A DNA stretch of 52,924 bases from Candidatus Heimdallarchaeota archaeon (GCA_027077875.1 JALWRB010000313.1:1-52924); one strand, 5' to 3'; shown: positions 26,743-36,258, counted from the first letter of the stretch. Notes: generated by a model not told the origin, from the letters alone. Numbers and translations: made by a program.

Positions 26743-29361
26743 TTAATGTTCTAACTCAACCTTGGGAAGGATCTTCTCCAACCACTTAGGCATCCACCAA
26801 TTCCATCGCCCAGCAAGCTTCATAGCTGAAGGGAGCAGGATAATCCTAGAAACAGTGGCATCTATGAAGACCGCAACAGCCATTCCTACACCCATCGTCT
26901 TTAAGGTAAGCATCGGGCTAAGAGCGAAGACGAGGAAAGTTGAGATCATGATGATAGCGGCAGATGAGATGACCCCTGCGGTATGGTGTATCCCATGTGC
27001 CACAGAGTAGTCCATATCTCCTGATTTCTCGTACTCCTCCTTGATCCGTGAGATAATAAGAATGGAGTAGTCCATTCCAAGTCCGAGGAGAGTCGTAAAC
27101 AGGAATGTGGGGAGGAAGTATGATATCCCCGATATCTCCGCGTTGAACAAGACGAAGCCGAATAGTTCCAGATGATTAAAGTTGCCCTCTTGGAAGACGA
27201 AAACCAACGCACCCATGGCGAAGAGTATAGAGCCTATGATGGTGAGGATGGACTTGATGGGGAGGATGACGCTCCTGAAGAGTATCAGCAGAGCGAGAAA
27301 AATGAGGATGATAGCCACTGTGAGCATCAGAGGGACATTTCCGTACATCCTTTCACGTGAGTCGTAAAATGAGGCTGCGTATCCTGTTACGTAAGTCTTT
27401 TTGATCGTTCCATCTTTGATAAGATCTCCGAATATTACCGGAATTTTATCTCGTAGCACTTGGACAAGATCCCATGCAGCCGCACTACCAGGATCGAGGT
27501 TTGAGCTCAGCTCCATCACTACAGTATTGTTTCCATTGTCAAAGTTCACGTAATTCTGTATGTATCTGAGGTAATTTGGCGTTTGAGTGTTGTTCACTGT
27601 ACCAACAATTGTACCATTGCTAATTATTGGGATTTGAGCAGGCAGACCTAGTATGAAGGATATGTCACTGTACTCAAGATACGTTGTATTTCCGTTGTTT
27701 GAGATGACTGATATCGTGGATACCCGCTCAAATGACAGATCTGTTCCTGATTTCTCCCGGTACCCAGTATAGTTCAGAGCCCACGATCCATATTCATTGA
27801 GTGAGTCAACTATCCTTGTTGCAGTAGAGTTGTAGTCTTGCGAAAAGAAGTCTGTGCTCTCTCCCAGATCAAGGACGACACGGTAAGGGTTAACGTCTCC
27901 AAGGTTGAACTCCCGCTGTAAGACCTCGAAACCCTCCCTTGACTCGACACCAGGGGGCATGTTCTTCACCAGATCGAATGAAAGATCGACCTGCATTGAG
28001 AGGGTGGCAAATGGTACAACCATAATGATCCCGATGATCAGGAACGGAATGGAGAACTTCATGACCAAATTTGACCACTTGACCCATATTCCAGTAGTCT
28101 CGATGGTTCCCTCTTGGATTTTTTTGATATCCTTATTGTGACCACTCATGAAGTTTGGCCAGTCGAGTAGGTTCCCGAAAAGCCCGAGTACAGACTTTGT
28201 GAAGGTACGTGTAACGATTATAGAAGTGAATACAACAACACTGACTCCTATCGCCATCCCAAATGTGAAATCACTTTGGAGGAGAAGTAGGGAGAGGAAG
28301 CCAATGATGACGGTGATGCCAGAGTACATGACCGCTGTGCCAGTGGTCTTGTCCGTTCTTATTGCCGCCTCACTCCTGACTTTTCTCATCGTCTCCTTGT
28401 TCCATGTCCCCGCGGAGAGATGTTTTGCTTTCTCTTTTCTGTATTCCTCCCTGTATCTGATCATACTGAATAGATTGTAATCTATTGCAACAGCGATACC
28501 AATCATTGCAATGACAGATGGGAGGAAGTCCGAGATAATAAAGAAATCCAATTTACCCAGCCACGCCACGATGTAATACGAGGGGAAGAGTGCAGCCACC
28601 ATCCCTACAATTGGCATTAGCACACCCATAGGACTTCTGAAAACGAGGATGAGAATTATGAACGCCAACGCAATTGCGAGGAACTCAGACTCCTCGAATG
28701 ACTCCTTGCCAGTCCGGGTTATATCAGCGAAGTTTGCAGCTTGACCCGTAAGTATTAACTGCATGCCCTCTGCATCCTCCCTTGGGGGCAGGGTCGTCTC
28801 GACGATCTGCTCAGCCATCTGCGCCCCGTATAGAGGGGTCATTTGAGCCAGGGCCACATCATACGGCGCGGTAGTGTTTTCGAGGAGATCCCTGATAATT
28901 TCCACATCATCGGTCATCTTAGTCCCCGGGTTGTCAAAGTCGAAATCCTCTTCCACGATGTTCATGATAGCGTACCTGTGATCCTTAGAAACAAAGTTCT
29001 CCGCGATCTCATTGGGGAGGTCGGGGTTGGCGATGACAACACTGTCCGTTATCACATAATCATACCCTAGATCCTGTAACTCATCCAAGAGATAGACTGA
29101 TAGGAACAAAGTGTAGTTTCTCCATTGGTTGGAAGTAATATCTTCTCCCTCTGGAGCTTCGATGACGACGATATGGGTGAGATCAGAGCCATTTTTATTG
29201 AATCTATCTTGAATAAAAGCGGAACCATGACCTGCCTCAGTATCCGTTTCGATAATGTTCGTAGAATTCTGAACATCTTCGAAGATGAAGTCGCGGGCAC
29301 TGATGGTTGCCCCGATGACAACTATCCACAATAATATGGTAATTGTATACTTTTTCTTCAT
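26743..29361 (-). CDS. MMPL/RND-superfamily transporter
   Basis: Two repeats of TM + large extracellular domain + TM bundle, with GIAVAIDYNLF..RYREE and GLGMDYSILIISRIKEE signatures. Confidence 0.92.
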   Translation of the reverse strand: MKKKYTITILLWIVVIGATISARDFIFEDVQNSTNIIETDTEAGHGSAFIQDRFNKNGSDLTHIVVIEAPEGEDITSNQWRNYTLFLSVYLLDELQDLGYDYVITDSVVIANPDLPNEIAENFVSKDHRYAIMNIVEEDFDFDNPGTKMTDDVEIIRDLLENTTAPYDVALAQMTPLYGAQMAEQIVETTLPPREDAEGMQLILTGQAANFADITRTGKESFEESEFLAIALAFIILILVFRSPMGVLMPIVGMVAALFPSYYIVAWLGKLDFFIISDFLPSVIAMIGIAVAIDYNLFSMIRYREEYRKEKAKHLSAGTWNKETMRKVRSEAAIRTDKTTGTAVMYSGITVIIGFLSLLLLQSDFTFGMAIGVSVVVFTSIIVTRTFTKSVLGLFGNLLDWPNFMSGHNKDIKKIQEGTIETTGIWVKWSNLVMKFSIPFLIIGIIMVVPFATLSMQVDLSFDLVKNMPPGVESREGFEVLQREFNLGDVNPYRVVLDLGESTDFFSQDYNSTATRIVDSLNEYGSWALNYTGYREKSGTDLSFERVSTISVISNNGNTTYLEYSDISFILGLPAQIPIISNGTIVGTVNNTQTPNYLRYIQNYVNFDNGNNTVVMELSSNLDPGSAAAWDLVQVLRDKIPVIFGDLIKDGTIKKTYVTGYAASFYDSRERMYGNVPLMLTVAIILIFLALLILFRSVILPIKSILTIIGSILFAMGALVFVFQEGNFNHLELFGFVLFNAEISGISYFLPTFLFTTLLGLGMDYSILIISRIKEEYEKSGDMDYSVAHGIHHTAGVISSAAIIMISTFLVFALSPMLTLKTMGVGMAVAVFIDATVSRIILLPSAMKLAGRWNWWMPKWLEKILPKVELEH

Positions 29362-29391
29362 GATCTAGTCAGGTAGAATGTTGAATAAAAA

Positions 29392-29554
29392 TATTCGCAT
29401 GAATGATGCTAAATTATTCGCATCATTGCGAATATCATCAAAAAAAGTGATTTTAGAAACCCACCAATTAACCACATATAGATTTACGTTGCTTAATTTC
29501 AGAGCATGTATTGGAAATAACAGTGCGATATTTTTAGTCGCAAATATGCGAATA
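29392..29554. promoter_or_regulatory. Repeated palindromic operator-like motif TATTCGCA-N4-TGCGAATA
   Basis: Perfect copy at 29415-29434. One-mismatch copy TAGTCGCA-AATA-TGCGAATA at 29535-29554. Extra half-site TATTCGCA at 29392-29399. Confidence 0.75.
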
Positions 29555-29589
29555 ACAATGATACTTCCCAAAATAATAATATAGAAGTA

Positions 29590-30519
29590 ATGAGAACACA
29601 GGATATGGCCCAAAATTCGTTGGACGAGAATTCTGCATTTAGTGAGGGAATGACATCTAACGAGCAGGGATTAGTTCTCCAGTGGGTAGAATATGAAATC
29701 CTGAGGACTGTTGCAAAGGGAGTGGACACCCTGACCAAGATTCAGTCATTCATCGAGAACAAGTTTTCTAGGATTAGGTACTCGCAGTCACAGTACTACA
29801 GGATCGTTGGAAAGCTGGTAGATGGTGAGTACCTCACTGCGGAAATGAGTGACGGGAAGAAAAAGAAATTCACCATTACGGACAAGGGATGGGCAGAACT
29901 CGGTCACTTGCAGAAATATGTCTTCGATTTTATTCAAGAGGCTACAATTATCAAAGACATAACGGGAGAGCTAGTCGTCAATATCTCGAAGATTACTGGA
30001 TGCCTGAGAAACAAGGATCTACTCGCTATATCTCCACAGGCATATTCTCTCCCCTATCTCCAAGATGCATGCCAATACTGCGAGAATCCCTCGGAAGAAA
30101 TAAAAAAACCGATTTTTCTGGCATTGAGAGGGGCAGAGAAGCGTGTGGATGCTCTCCATGAGGGGACAATACAGTACATTGATGCACCAGACGAAAGTGA
30201 CTGGCTTCCAAAGGACGACAGTATGGACGTTGTGATAGCCCTGTCAGTCCTTCAGGTGTTCGACCCAGATGTCATCCTGAAGGAGGCATATAGGGTACTG
30301 AGACAAGGAGGGTACTTCGTGAGTTTGGAGGTGGCCAACAATCTCCCCCATTTTGTCATCAAACTTTACAACGAGATCATCACTCCCGAGGGATGGCAAC
30401 TTGAGACACCCCTGCTGAGCATAAAACAGCTGGAGACTATGATACGGGAGGCAGGCTTCGAGGTCTTAGGAACCAAAGTAGAGACAGTATTGACATCGAT
30501 TCTTGCGAAGAAAGCTTAA
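29590..30519 (+). CDS. PadR-like wHTH regulator fused to a degenerate class I methyltransferase-fold domain
   Basis: N-terminal EYEILR...YYRIVGKLVDGEYL...KKKFTITDKG..EL. C-terminal DSMDVVIALSVL...LKEAYRVLRQGG.F..LE. No clear GxGxG motif I. The start may be a later Met. Confidence 0.8.
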   Translation: MRTQDMAQNSLDENSAFSEGMTSNEQGLVLQWVEYEILRTVAKGVDTLTKIQSFIENKFSRIRYSQSQYYRIVGKLVDGEYLTAEMSDGKKKKFTITDKGWAELGHLQKYVFDFIQEATIIKDITGELVVNISKITGCLRNKDLLAISPQAYSLPYLQDACQYCENPSEEIKKPIFLALRGAEKRVDALHEGTIQYIDAPDESDWLPKDDSMDVVIALSVLQVFDPDVILKEAYRVLRQGGYFVSLEVANNLPHFVIKLYNEIITPEGWQLETPLLSIKQLETMIREAGFEVLGTKVETVLTSILAKKA

Positions 30520-30556
30520 CGAATCTTAAAATATATCGAGGAGAACAGAGTATCGT

Positions 30557-30988
30557 ATGAGTAGCAAATTTTGGGAAGAGTATAATTACGACGAGGCACT
30601 GGACCGCGCGCTCAAGCTTGTTCCCGAATCAATCCGAGGAGATTCGAGGTTTGAGATCCCGAAGATCAACTCCTCGATAGAGGGGAATAGAACCTTCTTC
30701 AAGAACTTCAAGGAGATAGCAAATTTCTTGAACAGGAAGGAGAGCCACCTGTTAAAGTTCCTGACTACCGAGCTTGGTACAAACGGTAATGTAGAGGGAC
30801 AACGAGCAATTTTTCAAGGTAAGCATGGGAAGATGCAGATCTCGAAGGCCATTGACAGGTATTTGAAGAACTATGTATTCTGCGCGACCTGCGGAAAGCC
30901 AGATACCGTCTTGGAACTCAAAGACAGAATCATCATCATGCGCTGTGAAGCGTGTGGTGCCACCCAAGCAGTGAGACCGATCAAGTAA
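30557..30988 (+). CDS. eif2b: Translation initiation factor aIF-2 beta subunit
   Basis: YDEALDRA...RFEIP...GNRT...NF.EIA..LNR...HL.KFL..ELGT and Zn ribbon CATCGKPDT...CEACGA. Confidence 0.96.
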   Translation: MSSKFWEEYNYDEALDRALKLVPESIRGDSRFEIPKINSSIEGNRTFFKNFKEIANFLNRKESHLLKFLTTELGTNGNVEGQRAIFQGKHGKMQISKAIDRYLKNYVFCATCGKPDTVLELKDRIIIMRCEACGATQAVRPIK

Positions 30989-30989
30989 G

Positions 30990-31313
30990 ATGACAGAGCT
31001 GTTTTTCGCTAAAGTTCACAAGATCGAGAACGAAGTTCTTATTGCGGTCTGTGACTCGGAGATATCTGGGAGTACATTCAGGCACAATGGTGTGACCATT
31101 CGTATCAGTGAGTACTTCTACGGTACTGAGGACTACTATGAGAGCGAAATCCTATCGCTCATTACCGGAGCGACCCAGATCAATATTATGGGTAAGCGGA
31201 TAACGGAACTCCTGATCAGGGAAGAGATCATCCACCCAGATTCCGTCCTGTGGATGGAACTCCCGGACGGATCACCAGTGGGTCATGCAATCATGGTGGG
31301 TGCTACACAATGA
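30990..31313 (+). CDS. DUF424-family protein
   Basis: LIAVCDSEI.G..F...G..I.ISE.FYG...NIMG pattern and its position between aIF-2beta and NMD3. Confidence 0.85.
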   Translation: MTELFFAKVHKIENEVLIAVCDSEISGSTFRHNGVTIRISEYFYGTEDYYESEILSLITGATQINIMGKRITELLIREEIIHPDSVLWMELPDGSPVGHAIMVGATQ

Positions 31314-32365
31314 GGTCTCTGTTCTGCTCCGTATGTGGTAAGGAGGGAGTTCCCCTACATGATTCATTCTGCTATCAGTGTTACTGGAAGGAAAACCATA
31401 CTGCCACACTCAAAAAGCCAAAGATAGGGCTAAATACCTGCTTAACCTGTGGTGCAGTTCTCCTCCCAGGAGGATGGTCTTCATCCAATACTCCTGAATC
31501 ACTACCAGATCTATTGGTTGATTTTGTCAGAAAGTGGGTAAATACACCTCTGGACAATGAAGTTAGTGCATTCCCAATGAACGATCCAGACTGGGACGAT
31601 GGGAAACCCCGGCTCTCACTCCTGATCAAAGTGACTGACGAGAGCATCCCTGAATTCCCCCCACATGAAGAGAGCCTTGTTCTGGACATCGACTTCCTCT
31701 GGGGAACCTGCGAGATATGTGCGAAGAAGTCATCTGGAGGAGACACCATATTCCAGCTCAGAGCTATTGACAGAAATCTCACCAAAGAGGAGGAAGAGTA
31801 TGTCGAACAGGTCTTCAGGGATCAGATCGAGGGCATAGGTGCCGAGAACCCGTACTATTTTGTGTCAGACAAGATAGAGGTCCACAAAGGCTACGACTAC
31901 AAGTGTGGTTCAAACAGCCTTGTTGAACATGTCATCGAGGTTCTGAAGAAGAAATGGCTTGCGATTACCTCCGTCAACTACAGCCTTGTAGGAGAGACAA
32001 AGGACGGGACGAGGAAGTACCAGCACACCTACCTCTTCAAGCTCCCGGGAGTTAAACCAGGAGATCTGATATACTATGAGAACTCCGTTTGCAGAGTGGA
32101 TGTTATCAACGCGGCTGCAATTATTGTAACTGATCTGAGGAGCCTTGAGGTCATCCACATTAAGGAGTGGAAAAATCTTCGCCCCATCGATTTCTTCGAG
32201 GAACCAACCTATCTTGTTATGTCTAGGAACTATGATGTATACGAACTGATGGATCTAGAGGACTACCACACGTTTGAGATCAGGGTGGACAATTTTTCCA
32301 GAGAGTTAGAGTTGGGTGAGGAACAGACCTTCATCCTGTTCAAGGACCAACTTTACCTCCGATAG
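31310..32365 (+). CDS. nmd3: 60S/50S ribosomal export-related protein NMD3
   Basis: CSVC...CYQC, CLTCG..W and CEIC Zn motifs, IFQLRA, and a C-terminal OB-like region. ATG 31310 forms an ATGA overlap with the DUF424 stop. Confidence 0.92.
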   Translation: MRSLFCSVCGKEGVPLHDSFCYQCYWKENHTATLKKPKIGLNTCLTCGAVLLPGGWSSSNTPESLPDLLVDFVRKWVNTPLDNEVSAFPMNDPDWDDGKPRLSLLIKVTDESIPEFPPHEESLVLDIDFLWGTCEICAKKSSGGDTIFQLRAIDRNLTKEEEEYVEQVFRDQIEGIGAENPYYFVSDKIEVHKGYDYKCGSNSLVEHVIEVLKKKWLAITSVNYSLVGETKDGTRKYQHTYLFKLPGVKPGDLIYYENSVCRVDVINAAAIIVTDLRSLEVIHIKEWKNLRPIDFFEEPTYLVMSRNYDVYELMDLEDYHTFEIRVDNFSRELELGEEQTFILFKDQLYLR

Positions 32366-32396
32366 ACTAATAACAGAGTTCGAGAAGACAGTGTTG

Positions 32397-33266
32397 ATGT
32401 CACGGAATCCAGATGACCCAATGGAAGAGGATTTAGATGGAGGGGACGTCGACGGTTTTGACGACAGGATTGACAGGGTTATCGAATCACGATACCGGGA
32501 GAAACTGGAGAAGGATCCCGCAATCTATTCTACACTGGAGACAGTCTTCGATGAGAAGACCCGTCTGATCCTCTTCAAGTACATCCAGAACGGTCTTATC
32601 GATGAGGTAGGTGGTGCCATCTCCACTGGCAAAGAGGCAAATGTCTACTTTTGCCCAGGGGATCCGCCACTTGCATGCAAGATTTACAGAATTGACAGTC
32701 CAGCTTTCAGGAAGATGAAACAGTACGTAGAGGGAGACTACCGATTCAAACGATATAAGAGCTCAAGAGTGGGATTCATTCAGGAGTGGGCCAAGAAGGA
32801 ATTCAAGAACCTAAAACGGTTGAGGGAGGTTGGCGTATCAGTCCCCAAGCCCATAGAGGTAGAGAGGAACGTGCTGTTTCTGGAGTTTCTAGGGGATGGA
32901 AAAGCTGTCCTTCCCAAGCTGGTAGAAGTCGACATAGAACGCCCTGCCGAACTGTACAAGGAGATCATGGCAGCAATCAGAAAGATGTATCGGGAGGCTA
33001 AGCTCGTCCATGGGGATCTAAGCCCATTTAATGTCCTTTTCAACATTAGAAAGAGGGAATATTACATCATCGATGTATCCCAGTCTGTTCTCCATGATCA
33101 TCCAGAGGCCGAAACATTTCTTCTGAGGGATATCACCAACATGAACAACTACTTCGAATCAATGGGGGTGAATGTGATTGAGCTAGCGAAGCTTTACAAG
33201 TGGGTTACGGGAGAAGATGCTGATGAGGGTACAATTTTACGCCTCCTTCATGAGTCATCCAATTAA
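32397..33266 (+). CDS. rio1: RIO1 serine/threonine kinase
   Basis: ISTGKEANVY, CKIYR, WAKKEFKNL, VHGDLSPFNVL and IIDVSQSV. Start placed at ATG 32397. Confidence 0.95.
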   Translation: MSRNPDDPMEEDLDGGDVDGFDDRIDRVIESRYREKLEKDPAIYSTLETVFDEKTRLILFKYIQNGLIDEVGGAISTGKEANVYFCPGDPPLACKIYRIDSPAFRKMKQYVEGDYRFKRYKSSRVGFIQEWAKKEFKNLKRLREVGVSVPKPIEVERNVLFLEFLGDGKAVLPKLVEVDIERPAELYKEIMAAIRKMYREAKLVHGDLSPFNVLFNIRKREYYIIDVSQSVLHDHPEAETFLLRDITNMNNYFESMGVNVIELAKLYKWVTGEDADEGTILRLLHESSN

Positions 33267-33338
33267 TCTGATCTACACTAGGCAACTGGTGCAGCGAGAG
33301 GATTGAGAAAGTAATTGTACTACATTTTTACTCATCCC

Positions 33339-33360
33339 ACGAATATACTGCAGTATTCGT
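33339..33360. promoter_or_regulatory. Inverted repeat ACGAATA-N8-TATTCGT upstream of the second HxlR gene
   Basis: Perfect 7-bp arms. The interior also contains the palindrome ATACTGCAGTAT. Confidence 0.45.
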
Positions 33361-33393
33361 TACCTTTTTCTACTGCGCGAACTTATATTACAT

Positions 33394-33723
33394 ATGGCGG
33401 TGACCCAAGAAAAGAACTACTGCCCGGTTGCAATCGCAAGCATGGTGCTGAGTTCAAAATGGGATCTCATCCTTATCCACAGTCTCCTCGATCACCCTAT
33501 GAGGTTCTCCGAGATAAAACGGAAAATTTCAAATAGCTTTCCTCGGGAACTCACTGCCTCCTCACTCTCCCGGGTTCTACGACGTCTAGAAGCCTCAGGG
33601 ATCATCCTGAAAAAGATGACAGAGGGGTGCTCACACCCCACTTACTCCCTTACCCAAAAAGGGAAAGATCTGGAACCCGTCCTTGACGAGCTCTATCGAT
33701 GGGGACAGAAGCATATTGGATAA
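33394..33723 (+). CDS. HxlR/DUF24-family winged-helix regulator
   Basis: CPVAIASMVLSSKWDLILIHSL...MRFSEI...LSRVLRRLE..G...YSLTQKG.DL.PVL.EL..WG. Confidence 0.9.
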   Translation: MAVTQEKNYCPVAIASMVLSSKWDLILIHSLLDHPMRFSEIKRKISNSFPRELTASSLSRVLRRLEASGIILKKMTEGCSHPTYSLTQKGKDLEPVLDELYRWGQKHIG

Positions 33724-33826
33724 ACTACTACTCTATGACGAGTAAACGACTTCTTCAGGCCTCACACCATACCGTCAACTCGACGGCAAGGATTAAATAC
33801 AGAGAAGAACCCTCTAAATCTTAGCA

Positions 33827-34507
33827 ATGCCACAGTCAACGAACTATGTCAGAGTTCCAAAGAACAGGATAGGTGTAATCATAGGCCCGAAGGGCAGTAC
33901 GAAGAAAGAGCTGGAGAGGAGCCTCCAGTGCAAAATAGACGTTGACTCAGACTCCGGTGAAGTAATCATTATGCCCAATGAAGATCTGGTAGACCCAGTA
34001 CTTATGCTAAAATCGGGCGAGGTCATCAAGGCAATCGGGCGTGGGTTCACACCAGCACAGGCACTTAAGCTCCTGAACGATGATTTCTATCTAGAGATTA
34101 TCCCTCTCAGACAACTGGGAGGTACCTCTGCAAATGCAATTAGGAGATTGAGATCACGATTGATTGGAACTGGGGGTAAAACGAGGAAGACTATTGAGGA
34201 GTACACGAAAGTTTCTATGGTAATTCTTGGAAATACTGTATCCTTAATTGGACGGTTCACAAGCCTTGTGGATGCAAAGGAGGCAATCAACAAACTTGCC
34301 AACGGCGCAAATCACACCTCAGTATACGCGTGGCTTGAAGAAAAGCGGAAGGAGAGAATTCGTAATGAGGAGGATCTGACATGGGACACCGAGGCCCTGA
34401 AAAATATCAGTCTTGATGAGATGGACGCTCTCTTAAAGAAGGATAAAGGGGAAGAGTTGGACCTGGAGGAGGAATTTGATCAGCTTATTGAGGATGAAAA
34501 GTCCTAA
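33827..34507 (+). CDS. dim2: KH-domain pre-rRNA processing factor Dim2/Pno1
   Basis: RIGVIIGPKG and RSRLIGTGGKTRKTIEE KH GxxG loops, VIKAIGRGF, G.TVSLIG; acidic C-terminal tail. Confidence 0.93.
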   Translation: MPQSTNYVRVPKNRIGVIIGPKGSTKKELERSLQCKIDVDSDSGEVIIMPNEDLVDPVLMLKSGEVIKAIGRGFTPAQALKLLNDDFYLEIIPLRQLGGTSANAIRRLRSRLIGTGGKTRKTIEEYTKVSMVILGNTVSLIGRFTSLVDAKEAINKLANGANHTSVYAWLEEKRKERIRNEEDLTWDTEALKNISLDEMDALLKKDKGEELDLEEEFDQLIEDEKS

Positions 34508-34551
34508 TCCCAATCAGTGATTTTTAATACAGAACGTCGAGAGTACATACC

Positions 34552-35472
34552 TTGACAAAGAAACTTGTGGTTGCAATTGGTGGAAACATGCTCATCACAG
34601 AGCCTAAGTCTGCGACCTATGAGAAGCAGTGGAAGAAGTCCCAGTCCACAGCTAAATTGATCGTGGATCTATACGAGAAGGGATACGATCTCGTGATAAC
34701 CCATGGTAACGGCCCGCAGGTTGGAAACCTCCTCCTCCAGCAGCAGGGAGCAGAGGTTCCTTCATTGCCATTGAGGATTCTTACGGCCATGACCCAGACA
34801 CAGATTGGAGTTATGCTCCAACACTGCCTTATCAATGAGTTCAGGAAAAGAGAGATTCAAAAGGAGGTTGTTGTTATCCCCACATCGGTCGAGGTCAACC
34901 TGACTCAAGAGATGATCGACAATCCTACCAAACCAGTAGGTCCCTTCCTGAGTGACGAAGACTACGAAAAGGTTAAGGATACTGCAAAGTTCAAGAAGTT
35001 CCAGAAGGGATGGAGAAGGTTGGTTCCATCTCCAAGGCCCCTAAGCATTATGGAGTATAAGACGATCGATTACCTCATCAATGACAACACACTTGTCATC
35101 GCAGTCGGTGGTGGAGGGACACCGGTGACCCTCAACGGAGGAATACAGGCACAGGATGGAGTGATTGACAAGGATAGGGCATCAGCAGTACTTGCGGACC
35201 AACTTGATGCCGATCTCCTGCTCATCCTCACCAATGTAGACTCTGTCTACAAGAATTTCGGGGAGGAGGATCAGGAGGAGATCAAGTCCATGACACCTGA
35301 AGAGGCCAAGGACCTTATACAATCTGGTGCTCTTGGAGTTGGAACTATGTTGCCAAAAGTAGAGGCATGTGTAACCTTCTGCAAACAGTCGGGGAGGAGA
35401 GCGATCATCACCTCGGACACAAAGGTTCTGGAAGCCTTAGAGGGACAAGCTGGAACCTCCATCATTTCCTAG
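34552..35472 (+). CDS. arcC: Carbamate kinase
   Basis: VVAIGGN, ITHGNGPQVG, KPVGPF, GWRRLVPSPRP, GGGGTPV, VIDKDRAS and GTMLPKVEA. Confidence 0.95.
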   Translation: MTKKLVVAIGGNMLITEPKSATYEKQWKKSQSTAKLIVDLYEKGYDLVITHGNGPQVGNLLLQQQGAEVPSLPLRILTAMTQTQIGVMLQHCLINEFRKREIQKEVVVIPTSVEVNLTQEMIDNPTKPVGPFLSDEDYEKVKDTAKFKKFQKGWRRLVPSPRPLSIMEYKTIDYLINDNTLVIAVGGGGTPVTLNGGIQAQDGVIDKDRASAVLADQLDADLLLILTNVDSVYKNFGEEDQEEIKSMTPEEAKDLIQSGALGVGTMLPKVEACVTFCKQSGRRAIITSDTKVLEALEGQAGTSIIS

Positions 35473-35511
35473 AAAGGTTCATCAATACGAAATTACTAGT
35501 CGGTTGTAGCT

Positions 35512-36258
35512 ATGTACAACTCTACCTTTGGCGACCGTTCAATGGTCGACAAGATGATGCGGCTCTTCATCATTCAGGCAATCTCAGGTTTCGTCACGAG
35601 AGATTATGACACAGGTCTCCATTTCCTCAATGAAGTCAAAACACACTTTGCACAGAACCAGAGTAACCTCAACCCTACTCTTCGAGGCCTAGCTAAAGAG
35701 ATCATCCAGTCACTCGATATGCTAGCCCCTGGGACATCTGCAACACAATTTAAGGACATGTCATTCCAAGAGAGCGCACCTCAGCAGCAGACGCAGGAAA
35801 TCTTCCACAATCCGACGGATGAATTCAAATCGATACTTCATCGGAGGAAGAAGAGGAAGAAGGAAGACCCAGTGGAAAGGGAAGAAAAACAAGGGGACAA
35901 CTCACTTTTCGGGACATTAGGAGATCTTGATCTCAGCTCAATATCCAAGCCAAAAGAGGAGCAAGTTGTGGATGTAGCAAGTGCACCATCAACCGAATTC
36001 TACGAGGAGAAGACAGAATTCTATGAAGAAGAACCATCGACCCCTAAATTGCAGATAACCGAGGATCAAATAGAGGATAATAAGATCCTCGAGATCATGT
36101 TGAAGAGGAAGAAGCAAAAAGGTGAGCTCACCCCAGAGGAGGAAGAGCTCCTTGCTCTTATGGAGAAAAAGAAGGCGGAGAGGGAGCTGGATAGCAACCC
36201 CATAGAGAAGGTGCGAAGGAGACGGAGGTCTAGGCGATCCAATCTCTGGGACGATTAA
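35512..36258 (+). CDS. Hypothetical charged protein
   Basis: 248-aa ORF collinear with the operon. Helical N-terminus, E/K-rich C-terminus and an RRRRRSRR tail. No family recognised. Confidence 0.7.
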   Translation: MYNSTFGDRSMVDKMMRLFIIQAISGFVTRDYDTGLHFLNEVKTHFAQNQSNLNPTLRGLAKEIIQSLDMLAPGTSATQFKDMSFQESAPQQQTQEIFHNPTDEFKSILHRRKKRKKEDPVEREEKQGDNSLFGTLGDLDLSSISKPKEEQVVDVASAPSTEFYEEKTEFYEEEPSTPKLQITEDQIEDNKILEIMLKRKKQKGELTPEEEELLALMEKKKAERELDSNPIEKVRRRRRSRRSNLWDD

